Source of the DNA: Dicyema japonicum
Lineage: Eukaryota > Animalia > Dicyemida
Direction of reading: 5' to 3'
DNA length: 64,000 nt
Assembly (NCBI GenBank): GCA_011109175.1
Contig: RDEW01000004.1
Location: forward strand, 1,078,030 to 1,142,029
The position numbers and the translations under genes are program-made. The notes under the pieces are model-generated. The model was not told the origin of the DNA, made no database searches, and worked only from the letters and a program-made list of their open reading frames with translations. This document shows, piece after piece, positions 45,941 through 58,800 of the stretch (the first letter of the stretch is position 1; each line of letters starts with the position of its first letter).

Positions 45941-46981
45941 ATGTTTTGGAGTTTGGGGAGTTTCTTGATAATTTTCTATATTTTTTATTTCATTTACTGG
46001 ATTTATATGAAAACAATGACCAAAGTCTATGATAGTCGCAAAAACTTGTCCGGTAAGACAATAATAGTGACTGGGGGTGCATCTGGTGAATAATTAAGAT
46101 TTATTATAGGAATTGGCTATGAAATTTCGAAAGGATTAGCCCACAGAGGATCACGTGTGATATTGGCATGCAGAAACGTAGCAAATGCCCAAATGGCAGC
46201 CAATAGGATAGAAAATGATACGGGAAATTCAAATATTAAAGTTATGGAACTCGACCTTGCTTCCTTTGAATCAGTCAAGAAATTTTCTTATGAATTTTGC
46301 CAGGAGGAGAGCAATTTGTACGCTCTTATTCACAACGCTGGGCTTGCTTGTTATTTGATGGATTATTTTAGCGTTTAATTATGAGGAAACCAAAGACGGA
46401 TTTGAGACTGTGATGCAGGTTAACTACTTTGCTCCTTTTCTCCTCACTAAACTTTTATTGGGTCATTTCATGAATATATTTAAGATAAATTGATTGAAAG
46501 TCAACCAAGTAGAGTCGTTTTCGTTAGTTCGTGGGCACACAAGTTGGCAGGGAGGATAAACGAGGAGTTGTTGAAAGGGAAATCTCTTGATATAACCAAA
46601 TCATATGGCAACAGCAAACTATGTCAGCTATATTTCTGTCAATGCATTGCTGATAAAATTCCGCATAATTACGTTACTTTTAATGCACTGCATCCTGGAG
46701 TCATTTATAGTAATTTTTATGAGAAAGTTCCATTATATTCCATTTTGAAATATGTCATGAAACTTTTTGGCAGGGTGAGATATTACAATGTTGACTAATA
46801 GACGGTGGAAGATGGTGCACAGACTGTATTGTATGCCACTGCTGATGCAAGTCTTGAAGAAGTTTCTGGGGAATACTTTGATAATTGCAAATTTGGAAAG
46901 AAATCAAAATATGCTTATGACAAAATTATGCAACAGAAAGTAATCGAGGCAGCAGAAGTAGCTACTGGGGTCACCTTCTGA
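45941..46981 (+). CDS. Short-chain dehydrogenase/reductase, retinol dehydrogenase 11-14 type
   Basis: N-terminal TM, TGGASGIG, LDLAS, HNAG, VNY, VSS, YGNSK, LHPG; four GT-AG introns of 24, 22, 23 and 27 nt give an intact frame. Confidence 0.95.
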
Positions 46982-47149
46982 ATTCTACTCGGAAACTTAA
47001 ATTAGTCTTGCAAGGAATATTATCATTAAATGGATTATGCACTGGTTTTTACTCCTGCGTTTAATTTTAAGGGAGATTAAACTCGTTTCCGTTATAAGTT
47101 CTGGTTTTATAAGATTTAGTGGTAAAGCAAGGAAACAGTAAATAAAAAT

Positions 47150-47375
47150 TGTTGGACAAAAGAGTCTCCACATCAGTTACGTCTCGTGGTCCAAGTTTTA
47201 AACTCACATGTGTCGTATGGAAGAAAAGTCGACCGAAAGGAAATTATCCTCTTTCCTTCTTGTCTAGTGATTTGCTTTTTCAAGTGATATACGAGGGGAA
47301 CAGTGAGGGTGATACAAAGGGCCAATGCCCAAAGAGGAGGAGAATTCAGCTTGCATAGTGTTAATTAATTACAAG
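47150..47375 (+). mobile_element. 3' UTR fragment of the R4/Dong-like family at 43160
   Basis: About 115 nt nearly identical to 44366-44480 (cttgtctagtgatttg...ttaattaattacaa). Confidence 0.8.
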
Positions 47376-48149
47376 TCATATGACATCATGTGGTGCTTCG
47401 TGACAAATTGGTTTGAAGTCTCTATTTAGCTCATCTGTTCCTAATTCACTTAATTAGCGTGTGTTATGTGGTTTGCCTTGTCTGGTGGCGTCAGATACAA
47501 GTCAAAGTTGTATCCAAAAAGATAAAATGCGAAAAATCCTAAGAAATTCAGTCATAAAATATGTAAATTTTTTAAAAAATTCTAAAAACAAAAATATTTA
47601 TAAATCCCAAAAATGGCGTTTTAATTTACTCCTACCAGTCAAGAAAAGTGCATTGAAATTTTGTGCTTAACGTCTAAATTCAATAAATTGTCATAAAATT
47701 ACATTAAATCAACATTTAAGTAGCTTAAACAGGTCTGAAATCAGATTACTTACTTGCCTTGGAAAACATTGAAATTTAGGTCACAGTAATAAATAATCTA
47801 TTTTCAGACCAGAATGACCTATAAAAAATTTAAGACATAACCTCAACGCTTCGGGTAGTACAGAGATTCTACAAACAGCAGAAAAACCTCTAATGAACTT
47901 CGCCATATTGATGCCGCTAAATATCATTCCACAAATCTATCTACTTCTCTTACATAGCTACTGCTTTATTCCCCAATAAATTTCCAGTTACGTTAAGGTT
48001 TCAGTAAATTACTGATAAGGTCATTGGGAATACGACTCTCTCAAATTGTCTAATCTTTAAATTGGCCACATTTTGAAATTTTTTCTAAGAAAACGTTCAA
48101 TTCTTATTAATTGGTCAATTTTTAAATTGGCCACATTTTTTGATTTAAT

Positions 48150-49766
48150 TTTTAATTCAAATTGGAAAAGCAAAAAAGGACAAAACAATAGTTAACTGCC
48201 GCCCTTACTGCGTGGCTGTTCCTTCTCAGAATTTCGAGCGAAATTCGCTCAAACAGCCAGCGGCGTTAGCGGAGATCTCCAGTGCATGAGGTAATCCAGT
48301 TTCCGAGACGTCCGAAAAACTCTAGTATAAAGGGGGAGTAGGATCCGGAAGTATCCATAGCAAGGGTAACAAATTGGACATTATCGGGAAGGTCGCCGTA
48401 TTTTTCGAGTTTAACTTTCTCCGCCTTGACGGCTGCAGAGCAGACCCTTGAAACGCACTCGTGAAGATTGTTCGGGGCGAGCGTGTCTGTACATGTCACG
48501 TCCCAAACAAGTGGTTTCCCGGCCTCAAAAAGAAATATGGTCATCCAGTCCAATCGTTTCCTGCCACTTCTGCATAACCCGACCGGTTCAAGAATGGCCG
48601 AGTATCCAGCAGCATCCATAGCCCGCTTGACAATCTCATTCAGAGCATTGTGCTTTGGAGATCTGCCAGCGCTCCTTTTGCAGGCGAGAAGGTGCAGGCC
48701 ATAGCAGTCTATCAGGACGCCACATCGGCACGGGTAAGGTATACATACTTTTAGTCCTAGCCGCAGAGAGATACCACTTCTAACGCATTCATTATCAACA
48801 AAGTGCCCAGAGCTCCATTTGGGATGGCGTTTAGCTAAGCTCCGCTCACAGGGGAAGCCCCCGAAAGCAAACAAGCGCGTCGGTGCTGATTGACCGATTC
48901 CAGTAGGAGTCCAAATGATTTCCAGCACAATAAATTGTCCAGGTTTCGCTGGCAGTCTTGTAAAGGAGGCAGGGGGAGGTTGGTGGTATTCCAGGCTTCT
49001 CGTACGTGGATTATGTCTTGGTCAATTGAGAATTCGGGTAGGGAGTGTAGAATCCTCCTGAGTAAAGGTTCGCAGGCCGTGGGTGAAGACAGATGTGCAG
49101 GAAGTGAGACGTCCAAAGTACGACGGATTCCAAGACCCCAAATCTAACTGGGAGTATAGCTTGCTTCCATGTAGCATCGTAGAATTTGACATTAAATATT
49201 TGCTCCGTCGAGTAGAGGAAAGACAAAGCTAAGTGCTCAAGCTGCTCCAGTTGGGAATAGTACGGGGCTGTCCTGAGGAAATAGGCATTCTCTAAATACT
49301 AAGACTTCTTTTCATGAGGAATAGTACTGAGTGTGAATCAAGAAGCTGTAATCTGTCAGCGATTCGCATAGGAGTTGTTTTTTGTCTAGGAGGACATGTT
49401 TCATCGCATTCTTAGTGATCGGGGATCCAAGATAAATCAATTCGTTTTTAGGGGTCGAAATCCCACTAGGAAACAAGGAGTGAAATTTTGAAACAATTAA
49501 AGAAAAATCATGGTCAGCAAGACCACAGTTTGTAATTTCACATTTCGTTGTATTCAATTCAAGACCAACCTTGTACAACGCGGGATGAGAACTTCCAACT
49601 CCTAAAAGACCATCTCCGGGGGACTTCCTAAGACAGCGTCATCGAGGTACCAGATGTTGAGTGGGCATCGAGAGAGCTTCATAATCCTCTCAATTCCGAG
49701 GGAGAACAACAGTGGTCCGAGGGGGTCGCCCTGTTGAACACCCGAGGACGATGGAACCAAGAAATT
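48150..49766 (-). mobile_element. 5'-truncated CRE element, subfamily 1 (relative of the 16068 copy), normal orientation
   Basis: Collinear from SSSGVQQGDPLG to LRRNSHAVRAAV-like end; roughly 85-90% identical to the 16068 copy by eye. Confidence 0.9.
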
Positions 49767-50275
49767 GAAAAAAATAATTTTTTTATTAACCATCTCTTCC
49801 ATTTCTCAGCTAGGAAACCCATTCAAAGAGAGAGTGGTTCATGCAGAAGAAGTCAGATCGGCGTTAAAAAAAAGTGCTCTTCAAAGAATTCTTCTGCAGA
49901 AATAAAAGACGACACGTCAGGAGCGCTATTAATTCGCTGGCGGAGCATTCGAAGAGAATTCAAGTTTCTCGGTGTATCCGGGGTTAATAAATTAATTAAA
50001 CTTAAAAATTGATTAATTTGTAAAAAAAATGACAGATATTGGCACCTGTCAATTCAAATCACTTTTTTACTGAATGAATTGAGTTTCGTTCGATTAGAAA
50101 ATCACCTGTCATCACTATCAGCTCTCGACATATTATAATTAATTAAAAAAATAAAATTTATAATATATAAAATTTAAATAAATTCCGAGCTGAAAGATTT
50201 GTACGCCGTGGGTGTTAGCTTGCTATTGTTAAGCTTGTCTTAACAAGCAGGGGAGAAGCAGAATCCATTGTCAGA

Positions 50276-50911
50276 TTGGGATTGATTATTGGATTTTTGA
50301 AGATGAAAGCGGAATGGTATATAAAACGAGAAATTCAGTGTTTTCGTTGTCAACAGTTTGGACATATTGCTCGGTTTTGCAAGAACTTAGAAAAGTGTCT
50401 ACATTGTTCGGGATCACATAGAAGATCTGAATGTAAAACATCGCATGATACAAAAAATTGTGTTAATTGTGGGTCGACTACTCATCTGGCAAATTATGGA
50501 GGTTGTCCGAAAGCTATGGAAGCCAATCGTGAGAAAATGAAGAAAGTTGCTGAAAAGTCAAAAGTCTCCAAAAAAGAAGATAAGAAACTTGCCAAATCCG
50601 GAAATAGTCATACTATATCAAAAAATGCTAAGTCAGCTTTTCTTGATGGTCGAACTTGTTGGAATATTCCAACGGTCAAAAGGGCAACAGTAGAAGCTTC
50701 TACTCAGACAGAAGAACCTGTGAAGGGAAAGAAAGAAGAAATCTCAACACAGGTCAATGATGGTGAATGTCAACTTGATTATTCACAAACTTTGAAAAAA
50801 TTAGAGAAAAGCATTATAGAAGTAACGAAAACAAAAAAGGATACGAAGCATTTATTGGATTTGGTGGCGATCCTAAGAGGAGGGATCAGCCACCAAAAAA
50901 ATCAGAAGTAA
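50276..50911 (+). CDS. LINE ORF1 C-terminal part with three CCHC zinc knuckles
   Basis: CFRCQQFGHIARFC, CLHCSGSHRRSEC, CVNCGSTTHLANYGGC. Confidence 0.88.
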   Translation: MGLIIGFLKMKAEWYIKREIQCFRCQQFGHIARFCKNLEKCLHCSGSHRRSECKTSHDTKNCVNCGSTTHLANYGGCPKAMEANREKMKKVAEKSKVSKKEDKKLAKSGNSHTISKNAKSAFLDGRTCWNIPTVKRATVEASTQTEEPVKGKKEEISTQVNDGECQLDYSQTLKKLEKSIIEVTKTKKDTKHLLDLVAILRGGISHQKNQK

Positions 50912-50970
50912 TCAGGATAACCCTGATTAATGCCCGCTCTCTTCGGAAGCGGGCTTCAGAGCTGACTGCA

Positions 50971-53475
50971 TTGGTCAGCACAGTGCATATGGATGTTTTG
51001 ATAGTAAATGAGACGAAGATCAAGAAGGGAAGTTCTTTTAAACTTAATGGATTTTCATCAATTGATATTCCGTGGAAGAAGGGTTCTATTTCTGGAACTG
51101 GAACTTCGATTTATTATAAATCTAATTTGAATACGAAGAGACCAAGAATTATTGAAGAAGATGTATGTGAACTAGTCAGTGTGCAAATACAAACAAATAT
51201 TGGATGGATAACAGTTGGAGGAATTTATTCTAAGAGCTTACGTGAGTACCCTTGGATCATTGAGAAATTTTTTAACGAAAACGTGAATTCGATTTTGGTT
51301 GGGGACATGAACGCAAAGCATGTTGATTATGGATGTGTTACAACAAATCAGGATGGAAAATGTCTTATAAAGTGGATGGAATCAGGAGAATTGAAAATTT
51401 TGACGTCAGCAGAAATAAATCACTATGCAACTTATAGTGGTGATAAACTTGGATTGTTCATAATGCCTCTGACGATGAGTGAAATGTGTGATCCTCCATA
51501 TATCGAAAATGACATAGGAAGTGACCACATCCCACAAACGATTGAATTAAAAACTGGTCCGGTTTACACACGACAGTTATTCATTGGATATGATGTCAGC
51601 AAAATTGATTGGAATCACTTCAATTTCTACATCAGGCTGAAAATTGGTAATGTTTGTGATTTGGGGATTTCGAAACCGGAAGATATCGACATTCTGGATA
51701 ACAAAATAAGATCTTTGTTGTTAAGTTATCTGGAAAATTATGGAAAAAGAAAAAATCTGTTGCCGCAGGAAAATATGATAATAGGAGTAGAAGAACGCTC
51801 TTTGCGTCAGGAGAAGAATAAGTTAGAAAATAAATTAAAGAGGTGTTGGGATATCTTCGACTCTCAAGAACTTAAAATGCAGATCAAGTTAGTGAAGAAG
51901 AAAATAATGGATGTTGTAAAGAAGAATGAAGAAAAAGTATGGAAAAGAGAATGTTCAAAGTTACGTCGACAGAACCCAAAATTTTGGAAACTATATGCAA
52001 GAATGAATTCTCCCAGTAATAAGAATGAAGAAATATCTCTCAAGTCAGATGATGGTCTCACTATTCCAAAAGAAGAAATTCCAAATGTTTTACGTCGACA
52101 ATTGTCCAAAATTCAAGAGATAGATCCGGCATCTTTTATTCCGATAGAAGTACAAGATACAAGAAGTAGTTATAAAGAAAAGTCGAAATTGAGTGGTCCC
52201 TTGTGTCATCCTATAACGCTGGAAGAAATAAATGCTGCAATTAAGGGTTGCAAAAATAAAGCACCAGGGTGGGATTTTATCCCAATGAGTATTTTCAAGA
52301 ACGCAGGCCCAATTTTGATTGAGTGCCTAAAAATATTATATAATTCTTCTTGGAGTTTTGGTCATGTTCCAGCTTATTGGAAACGAACAATTGTACGCAT
52401 GGTTGTGAAAAAAGGAAAGCCAAGGTCAAAAGCAGATAGTTATAGGCCAATTAGCCTAGTCTGCTCAATATCGAAAGTTATGGAAAAAATTGTTTTCAAT
52501 CGTCTATCAAGGCATGTTGAGGATAATAATTTTCTCTCTGATAATCAACTGGGATTTCGGCATAAAAAAGGGACTGGAGATTGCTTTAAAGAGCTAAGAT
52601 CTGCAATCGAAATTTCACGAAATAAAAAGGAATTTCTTACAATAGCATGTTTGGATATAACAAAAGCGTTTGACAGTGTTTGGCACTTTGGACTTGTTGA
52701 TACGTTGTCAAAAGCAGAAATTGGGAAAACTGCGTTATTATGGATAGAAAACTTTCTTTCAAAAAGAAAGTCATATATACGTGTTGGAAATTTAATTTCA
52801 AAGAAAATTGAATTGCGAAGAGGAGTTCCACAGGGTTCAATTCTCAGCCCGCTACTCTTCAATTGCGTAATGAGAGATTTGCCGAAAACAGAGAGCGTAA
52901 ATAGTCAAATGATTATTTATGCTGATGACATTCTTGTGCTTGATTCAAGCATGAATAAACAAATTTCATGGAAAAGGGTGGAATCCCATATTACTAAGAT
53001 TGGAAAGTGGTGCCAAAACAATGGGTTGACTCTATCGAGGGAAAAAACAACAGTCACTTGGATTGCAAGTAAAAGAAAAAATATTAATCAATGTGTGAAT
53101 ACTGGGGATATAAAAATCTCTGAAACATTGAAGTATCTCGGATTGTTGATAGACCGAAGAGGATCTTTCAAGGAACATATTAAAACACGAAGAAAGAAAG
53201 CTACAGGAATGTTGAAATCTTTAATTCGATTTCATTTGGAGCCTGAAACTTTTCTTTTTGTGTATTCGGCGTGTGTTGAACCATTCTTGATATATGGTTA
53301 TCAAGGATGGTTTAGAACAAAAGAAAGTGATGTCTTTGTCAAAAAATTGGAAAAGTCCAGAAGATTTGCGATTAAATTGGCATATGGACTGGACTTAAAA
53401 TCTAATATCGAAGAGGATTACGACCTGAAAGTCAGAAAGATAGAAAAATTATTACATCACTTATGGAAAATGTGA
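50971..53475 (+). CDS. LINE ORF2, APE + RT, uninterrupted
   Basis: NET, GDMNAKH, SDH, YRPISL, LDITKAFD, GVPQGS, YADD, YLG; the open frame extends upstream through LINARSL. Confidence 0.92.
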   Translation: MVSTVHMDVLIVNETKIKKGSSFKLNGFSSIDIPWKKGSISGTGTSIYYKSNLNTKRPRIIEEDVCELVSVQIQTNIGWITVGGIYSKSLREYPWIIEKFFNENVNSILVGDMNAKHVDYGCVTTNQDGKCLIKWMESGELKILTSAEINHYATYSGDKLGLFIMPLTMSEMCDPPYIENDIGSDHIPQTIELKTGPVYTRQLFIGYDVSKIDWNHFNFYIRLKIGNVCDLGISKPEDIDILDNKIRSLLLSYLENYGKRKNLLPQENMIIGVEERSLRQEKNKLENKLKRCWDIFDSQELKMQIKLVKKKIMDVVKKNEEKVWKRECSKLRRQNPKFWKLYARMNSPSNKNEEISLKSDDGLTIPKEEIPNVLRRQLSKIQEIDPASFIPIEVQDTRSSYKEKSKLSGPLCHPITLEEINAAIKGCKNKAPGWDFIPMSIFKNAGPILIECLKILYNSSWSFGHVPAYWKRTIVRMVVKKGKPRSKADSYRPISLVCSISKVMEKIVFNRLSRHVEDNNFLSDNQLGFRHKKGTGDCFKELRSAIEISRNKKEFLTIACLDITKAFDSVWHFGLVDTLSKAEIGKTALLWIENFLSKRKSYIRVGNLISKKIELRRGVPQGSILSPLLFNCVMRDLPKTESVNSQMIIYADDILVLDSSMNKQISWKRVESHITKIGKWCQNNGLTLSREKTTVTWIASKRKNINQCVNTGDIKISETLKYLGLLIDRRGSFKEHIKTRRKKATGMLKSLIRFHLEPETFLFVYSACVEPFLIYGYQGWFRTKESDVFVKKLEKSRRFAIKLAYGLDLKSNIEEDYDLKVRKIEKLLHHLWKM

Positions 53476-54689
53476 TGTAATTTTTGGGGTCCAAACGAAG
53501 TAGAGACATGTGGTGTCTCATAAAATGACCCTACACGATGAATACAAACCCACTTAATTAGTTTTGGTTCAGGTTTTGGTTTCTTTACAGTAATTAGTTT
53601 TGGGGTTTGTTAGAAAATAAAATTTATTAATATAAAATTTAAATAAATAATAAATACCCGGGATTTATAATGTTTGGTTGTGCTCCTAGATTTAAAGATT
53701 CAGTAAGATAATTGATAATATGTCAATTCTAGACTAGATTAAACAATTCATCAATCAAAAAGGTAAATTAACTAATATAATCTATAGAAGTCAAAAAAGG
53801 ACATTACTGTTAAGATGGCTGAAGAGATACAATCCCTTGAGGAAAAGAAGATTAAGATTCGTGAAAAAATAAAGTCACTGACAAGTCTGATCGAAATTTT
53901 AATATTTTAGATTGTGATTATTTATTCAATATTAAGAAAGAAGTTGAGATTTTAGATGACAAAATCCAAAAACTTGTCATCACTGTAAATGAACCTCTTT
54001 TTCGATCTAGGGGGTCTGATGACGTCATGTCAAGAATTGCTGAGAAAAAAGATCGTGAAGAGCATAATTTAGTTGAATATTCATTTATTTTTAGGTTCTG
54101 ATCAAAAATCTCAAAAACCACTGCGAATCACTAAAAGAAAGTTATCATGAAATTCAAAATATTTTGGCGGTAAATAGCGATCAAGCATCGAATCGATGTG
54201 GTTTCCAACAAGTGCACAATAGGAATAGAGAATTAAAGAAAGTTTTTTTTCTGTCTAACATTCAAGGAACTTTTTGAAGCCAATAACAAGGAGACGTCTT
54301 TATTAAAGCAAGAGGTATTACTTCACAAGAAGATTTGCAGTCGCAAGAAAATCTTACATCCTAAAAATTAGATTTTGACTCCAAGTTGTTTATTAAATTG
54401 TTGCGAGCTTTTGATTCACCAAACTAAATTACTCTAAATTCCTTAACTTTTCTACTACAACTAATAGCCAAGTGTTTGGAAGGCTTCTATTTTACGAAAT
54501 ATCTTCAGTCCTTTAAGATCGTGCCTTACTCGTATCGTTAAAGGACGATGGTAAGCATCGGAAGCACTAAGTTTTGAATTAGAATCTTGTCTGACGCAAA
54601 ATTACTTTGAGACGTTAGTTCAGTCTGTTCAATAATTATGATCTTGTGAAAGAAAGAAGATGCAGAAAACTGGTAAAAATGAAATCTGC

Positions 54690-56700
54690 TATAAATGCAA
54701 GATAAGGAGCAAAAGAAAACAGATTATCCACGGCTTGTTCGTGTGGTTTCCAAATGTCTTGTGTCTGAATACCTAAAAGAGACCTGGCTGTTATTTCCGA
54801 TTGGCATTGTCAGTCATGCCTCCTGTCAGATATTACGATATCCTCGGATCTACACTACCTTTCAGAACATGTTCCACTAGATCATCAGGAAAGTAATTGA
54901 ATTGGTCTCAAACCTGCCACACACACGAATACTCCTGATATCCAATGTTGCCCGTGTATCTGTCGCGGACTGCCTATTTGATTGTATTGAAAGGGCAGTC
55001 TCTTGGGAAAACTCTGATGATTTGGTACAATTATTTTGCTTTCCTCCATTCACACTATGCATACTCAATGGGAGGAGAAAAGAAGAGAAATCACTCACGT
55101 CCACACTAAAAGAAAGTATCCACAAATTATCCTCTGGGAAATTATTGATTGATTCCGAAAAGCAGACGCACAGATTCCAAAACTGAGAAGTAAAAACTGA
55201 TTGTCTTGGACACACAAATATTACCAATTACAATACGTCGAAAGCTTTCTGAAGGTGGAAGACAACTTAATCTACTTGTTTCTGAAGAGGACGTAAAAGA
55301 TTCTTTCTTTCGTCCGAGTAGCAGTGGATGACTAGATGGGCTCCCCTCCGGGCACCTCAAAGACCACATTGCTCATAACAGGGGTAACTCTGGGGTCCGG
55401 CTCGTGTTGGCTATCACCAAACTAATGAACAGGGTGCTTTTAGGGACACTACCAGAAACAATTAGACACGTAATGTACTCCCCAAAGTTAATCGCATTCG
55501 ATAAAAGAAGAGGGATAATACGCCCATTGCAGTTGGCTTGGTTTTTCGTCGGTTGGCATCAAGCTCGTATGCAGAGCAATCATACCTGTGCTTTTAGCAT
55601 AGCTACAACCAACTCAAATAGGGGTAGGCATTCCCGGGGACTTTGAAGCAGCAGTTCATGTTTTTCGTACATTTACTGAAAAGAACGGTAATATTCCTCA
55701 TGTAATCGTCAAATTGATATCAAAAACGCTTTCAACATGAAACGGCGTGATACAATTCTGGAGGATTGATTTACATTCTACCCATCAGTGTACAATTATG
55801 TTCATAGCTCATATGGAAAACCTTCCAGTCTAGACCACGGTCAGTACTTTATTCCATCGACTTCTGGAGTCCAAAAAAGAGACCCACTGGGCACTGCCTT
55901 GTTCAGTCTGGGAATTGTCCGTATCACGGGATATTGTTCTACCCCACTAAAAGTATTGTATTTGGATAATTGCACTACGGGCGGTCATCCGAAGGATGTG
56001 CTGGATTGTTTGAAAAGTCTGATAGTTAAAATGGAATCCCTTCGTAACTCTGAAAACTTCGAAAATGAAGATACCAATTTTGGAAATGCAACAACTCGAT
56101 ACTATTGATTATCTCTTCCGGACCACTATAAAACGTTTCACAAATGTTAAATTGATGACCGATAGTGGAACCAAGCAACCTTACCCGCTAGCTTTGTCGA
56201 CTGGGAATCCCTTCACCAAAGAATTCAACACGCCATGCATATCTGTTCTTCTGGTGCTCCAATCGGCTCTTGATCAAGATGATTCTCCAATTTCAAACAG
56301 AATCGTCGGAGCTCAAAGATATGGAGCATTTGAGAGTGAAGATGCATGAGCAGACAGACAGGACTGTCTGCGAAGATAAATATGAGAGGCTTCTGAACCA
56401 ATCAACCAACACCGACGTGCTTGTCTGGTCGCTGGAAAATGCAAATGGAATGCGCTTGGATCAATGCCCTCCCGGTTGGTAGCATCGGGACCCACCTTGA
56501 CGACGATACTTTCCGCATCGGTATCTCCATCAGAGTTGAACTGAGGATTTGCTAGACTCATAAGTCCCGATGTGGTGGTACCTTCGAATGTTATGAACAT
56601 CATGACCTTTCTTGTCGAAGAAGTGCAAAACGATTTCCAAAGGCAATCAACGGAATTGTTGATCGAGCTTAAATCGAAGCCAGTACTCGTCACTGGGAAA
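54690..56700 (+). mobile_element. Long decayed CRE element (subfamily 2) including a PHD remnant
   Basis: CSCG..SCV..KRDLAVISDWHCQSC at about 54730-54830; LDGLPSGHLKD, GVQKRDPLG, AWINALP, LDDDTFRIGIS. Confidence 0.82.
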
Positions 56701-58019
56701 CAAGATAGTCTCCAGGTTGAATGAAGAAATTGATCCTTCTGAATACCTATCAGGCATGTAAACGGTCACTATAGGAATCTCTAATAGGAAGATAAGTTGT
56801 TATTTTCATTGTGTTGTGTGAGACATAAGCACATCCATATGACACATCCAGGAGCTGGTCATAGCATTACTGCAACGAATTACCTCTTTGAATTGCAATG
56901 AAGCTATGCTGGCATCATTTTCGGAAGTCATTGGAGCAAATTGACATTCTGGAGGAGGTATGAATACTTCTAGGTTTGGGAAGCTGAATCGGTAAGTTAT
57001 TCCGATTTAAAACGGATAAAACCACTAATGCATGAAATGTCTGGATTAATACTGATCTTCAAGTAATTACTTTTTAAGTTAAATGGCCATTTACTGAAAT
57101 ATTAAAGATTAATTTTCCTCACAATCATATCCACATGTTTCTGGTTGATAGGACTTCAAAAATACTAAATCTCTAACGAAATTTTGCGTATATTTAGTGC
57201 GGTTAATATTTTCCTTTGCTAGCTCCTCAAGATGAGTAGTAAATGGTCACATACTCTGCAATGAGAACAATTTTTGAATTAAGCTCGTCTCTACGTAATA
57301 AATAAAATTTCAATGTCTTCAAATTGTTCCGTAAATAAGATTGTCCTCACATCAACGAATTTTAAAACTTGGAGTCAATCAAATGAGGTTAACTAAATTA
57401 AATATTTTCATTTAACGGAAAGTCGATTTCTCATTCATGTCCCTTATTTGGATGGTACAATTTATTTTGATAATGTTGCAGAGAAATTAATTTGATTTCC
57501 TAAGACCACTAGGAATGGCCAGAAATTAAGTTATTTAGATTCCAAGAATCGCACATTCTCTTCTCGTTGTCTATTTACTACAATTTTTAAGTTATTCGCG
57601 AATGGTGAAAATGACCCGTATTCCCACGTCGGCATGTCATGTGACTCATGAGGTGTGACATACGAAAGAAATTCCAGTTACCAAAATTATTTAAGAATAA
57701 CCATAAAAGTGAATAGTACTTTATGATGTCACCATGGCTTTCATTAGATTAGATGAGCATAAGATTAGATGAGTATGAGTAATATGGTGCATACATGTTT
57801 TTAATGTGGGGAACTATTTTTTTATTGCCCCAAGATCACTGGGTTGAAAGAGAAAAAGAATATCCTTTCAAACTGATTGATCAAAAAGAAGGATGATATT
57901 GGCGAGGAAGACTATCATTAGTGTCTCTAGTTATCCTAGGTTAGTTATTTCAAATAGTAACGACTCAAAAAATGAAATTTTATAGGTCATCCAACCTTCC
58001 AAACAGCTCACTTTACAAA

Positions 58020-58800
58020 ACCCTCCAAAATATGAGTCGTTCTATCCAAAATAAGATGATATTTATAGATGGCCGTCTTTTGAAAATAACTAATCGAGGA
58101 TGACTTGACAAAATTACACGCTAATGTATTTTGTCTACTCCTAACAAATCGGATATATGTTGATCCAAAAAGCATCGAGACATGGAAAACCGATAATTTT
58201 GTTATTTTTGAGAGTGGTCCCCAAATGTAGTTTTCTAACTGTTTTGCGAAGTGAATTGCCTTGCCCAGAAAACCCACGTACAGAAATCTTGTTATACGCT
58301 GATGATGTCTCTTTAAATCCTTTGGTATCTGAGAAACGGTTGAAGACGTACATAGATCAGATCGAAGAGTGTTGTAATGAAAACTTTCTTTCAGTGGGAC
58401 GTGAGAAATCTGGTCTGGTGAGGATTACTGGAAGCAAGAGGCTGGCTATGGCTAACCTAAAGAAGTCATTACACGACTTACCTCGGAAAAAGACTATGAA
58501 ATACCTTGGCATCCTAATTGACGAGGGAAGTGATTTTATGAAACATGCTAAAATACGAAAGTAAAAAAGCTACAAACGCTCTGTTCTGCGTTAAAAAATT
58601 AAAGCTAGAGACGGAGACCTTTGTTCATGTCTTAACTCCGCAATATTTCCTCCAATGTTTTACGGCTTAAATGGATGGTACGACTCAAAAAAAGACTATT
58701 TTCAAGAAATTTGTAAAGACCTGTAATTTTTCTCTATAGCTTCCTTACGGATAAATCCTCGTATGCCAATTCTCATATTGTTGGAAGGAAAAATGTGCAA
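58020..58800 (+). mobile_element. RT fragment of the gag/APE-RT LINE group
   Basis: ILLYADD, MKYLGILID, KHAKIRK. Confidence 0.75.

Larger units (their letters stand above)
50184..53629 (+). mobile_element. Young 5'-truncated LINE (gag-like ORF1 + APE-RT ORF2; Jockey/I-group-like)
   Basis: 19-bp direct repeat atataaaatttaaataaat (50165-50183, 53630-53648) read as the TSD. Confidence 0.88.

Noticed and set aside
53760-54400. Coiled-coil gene or L2/CR1-type ORF1 relic
   Set aside because: Stops in every splice model tried; identity unresolved.
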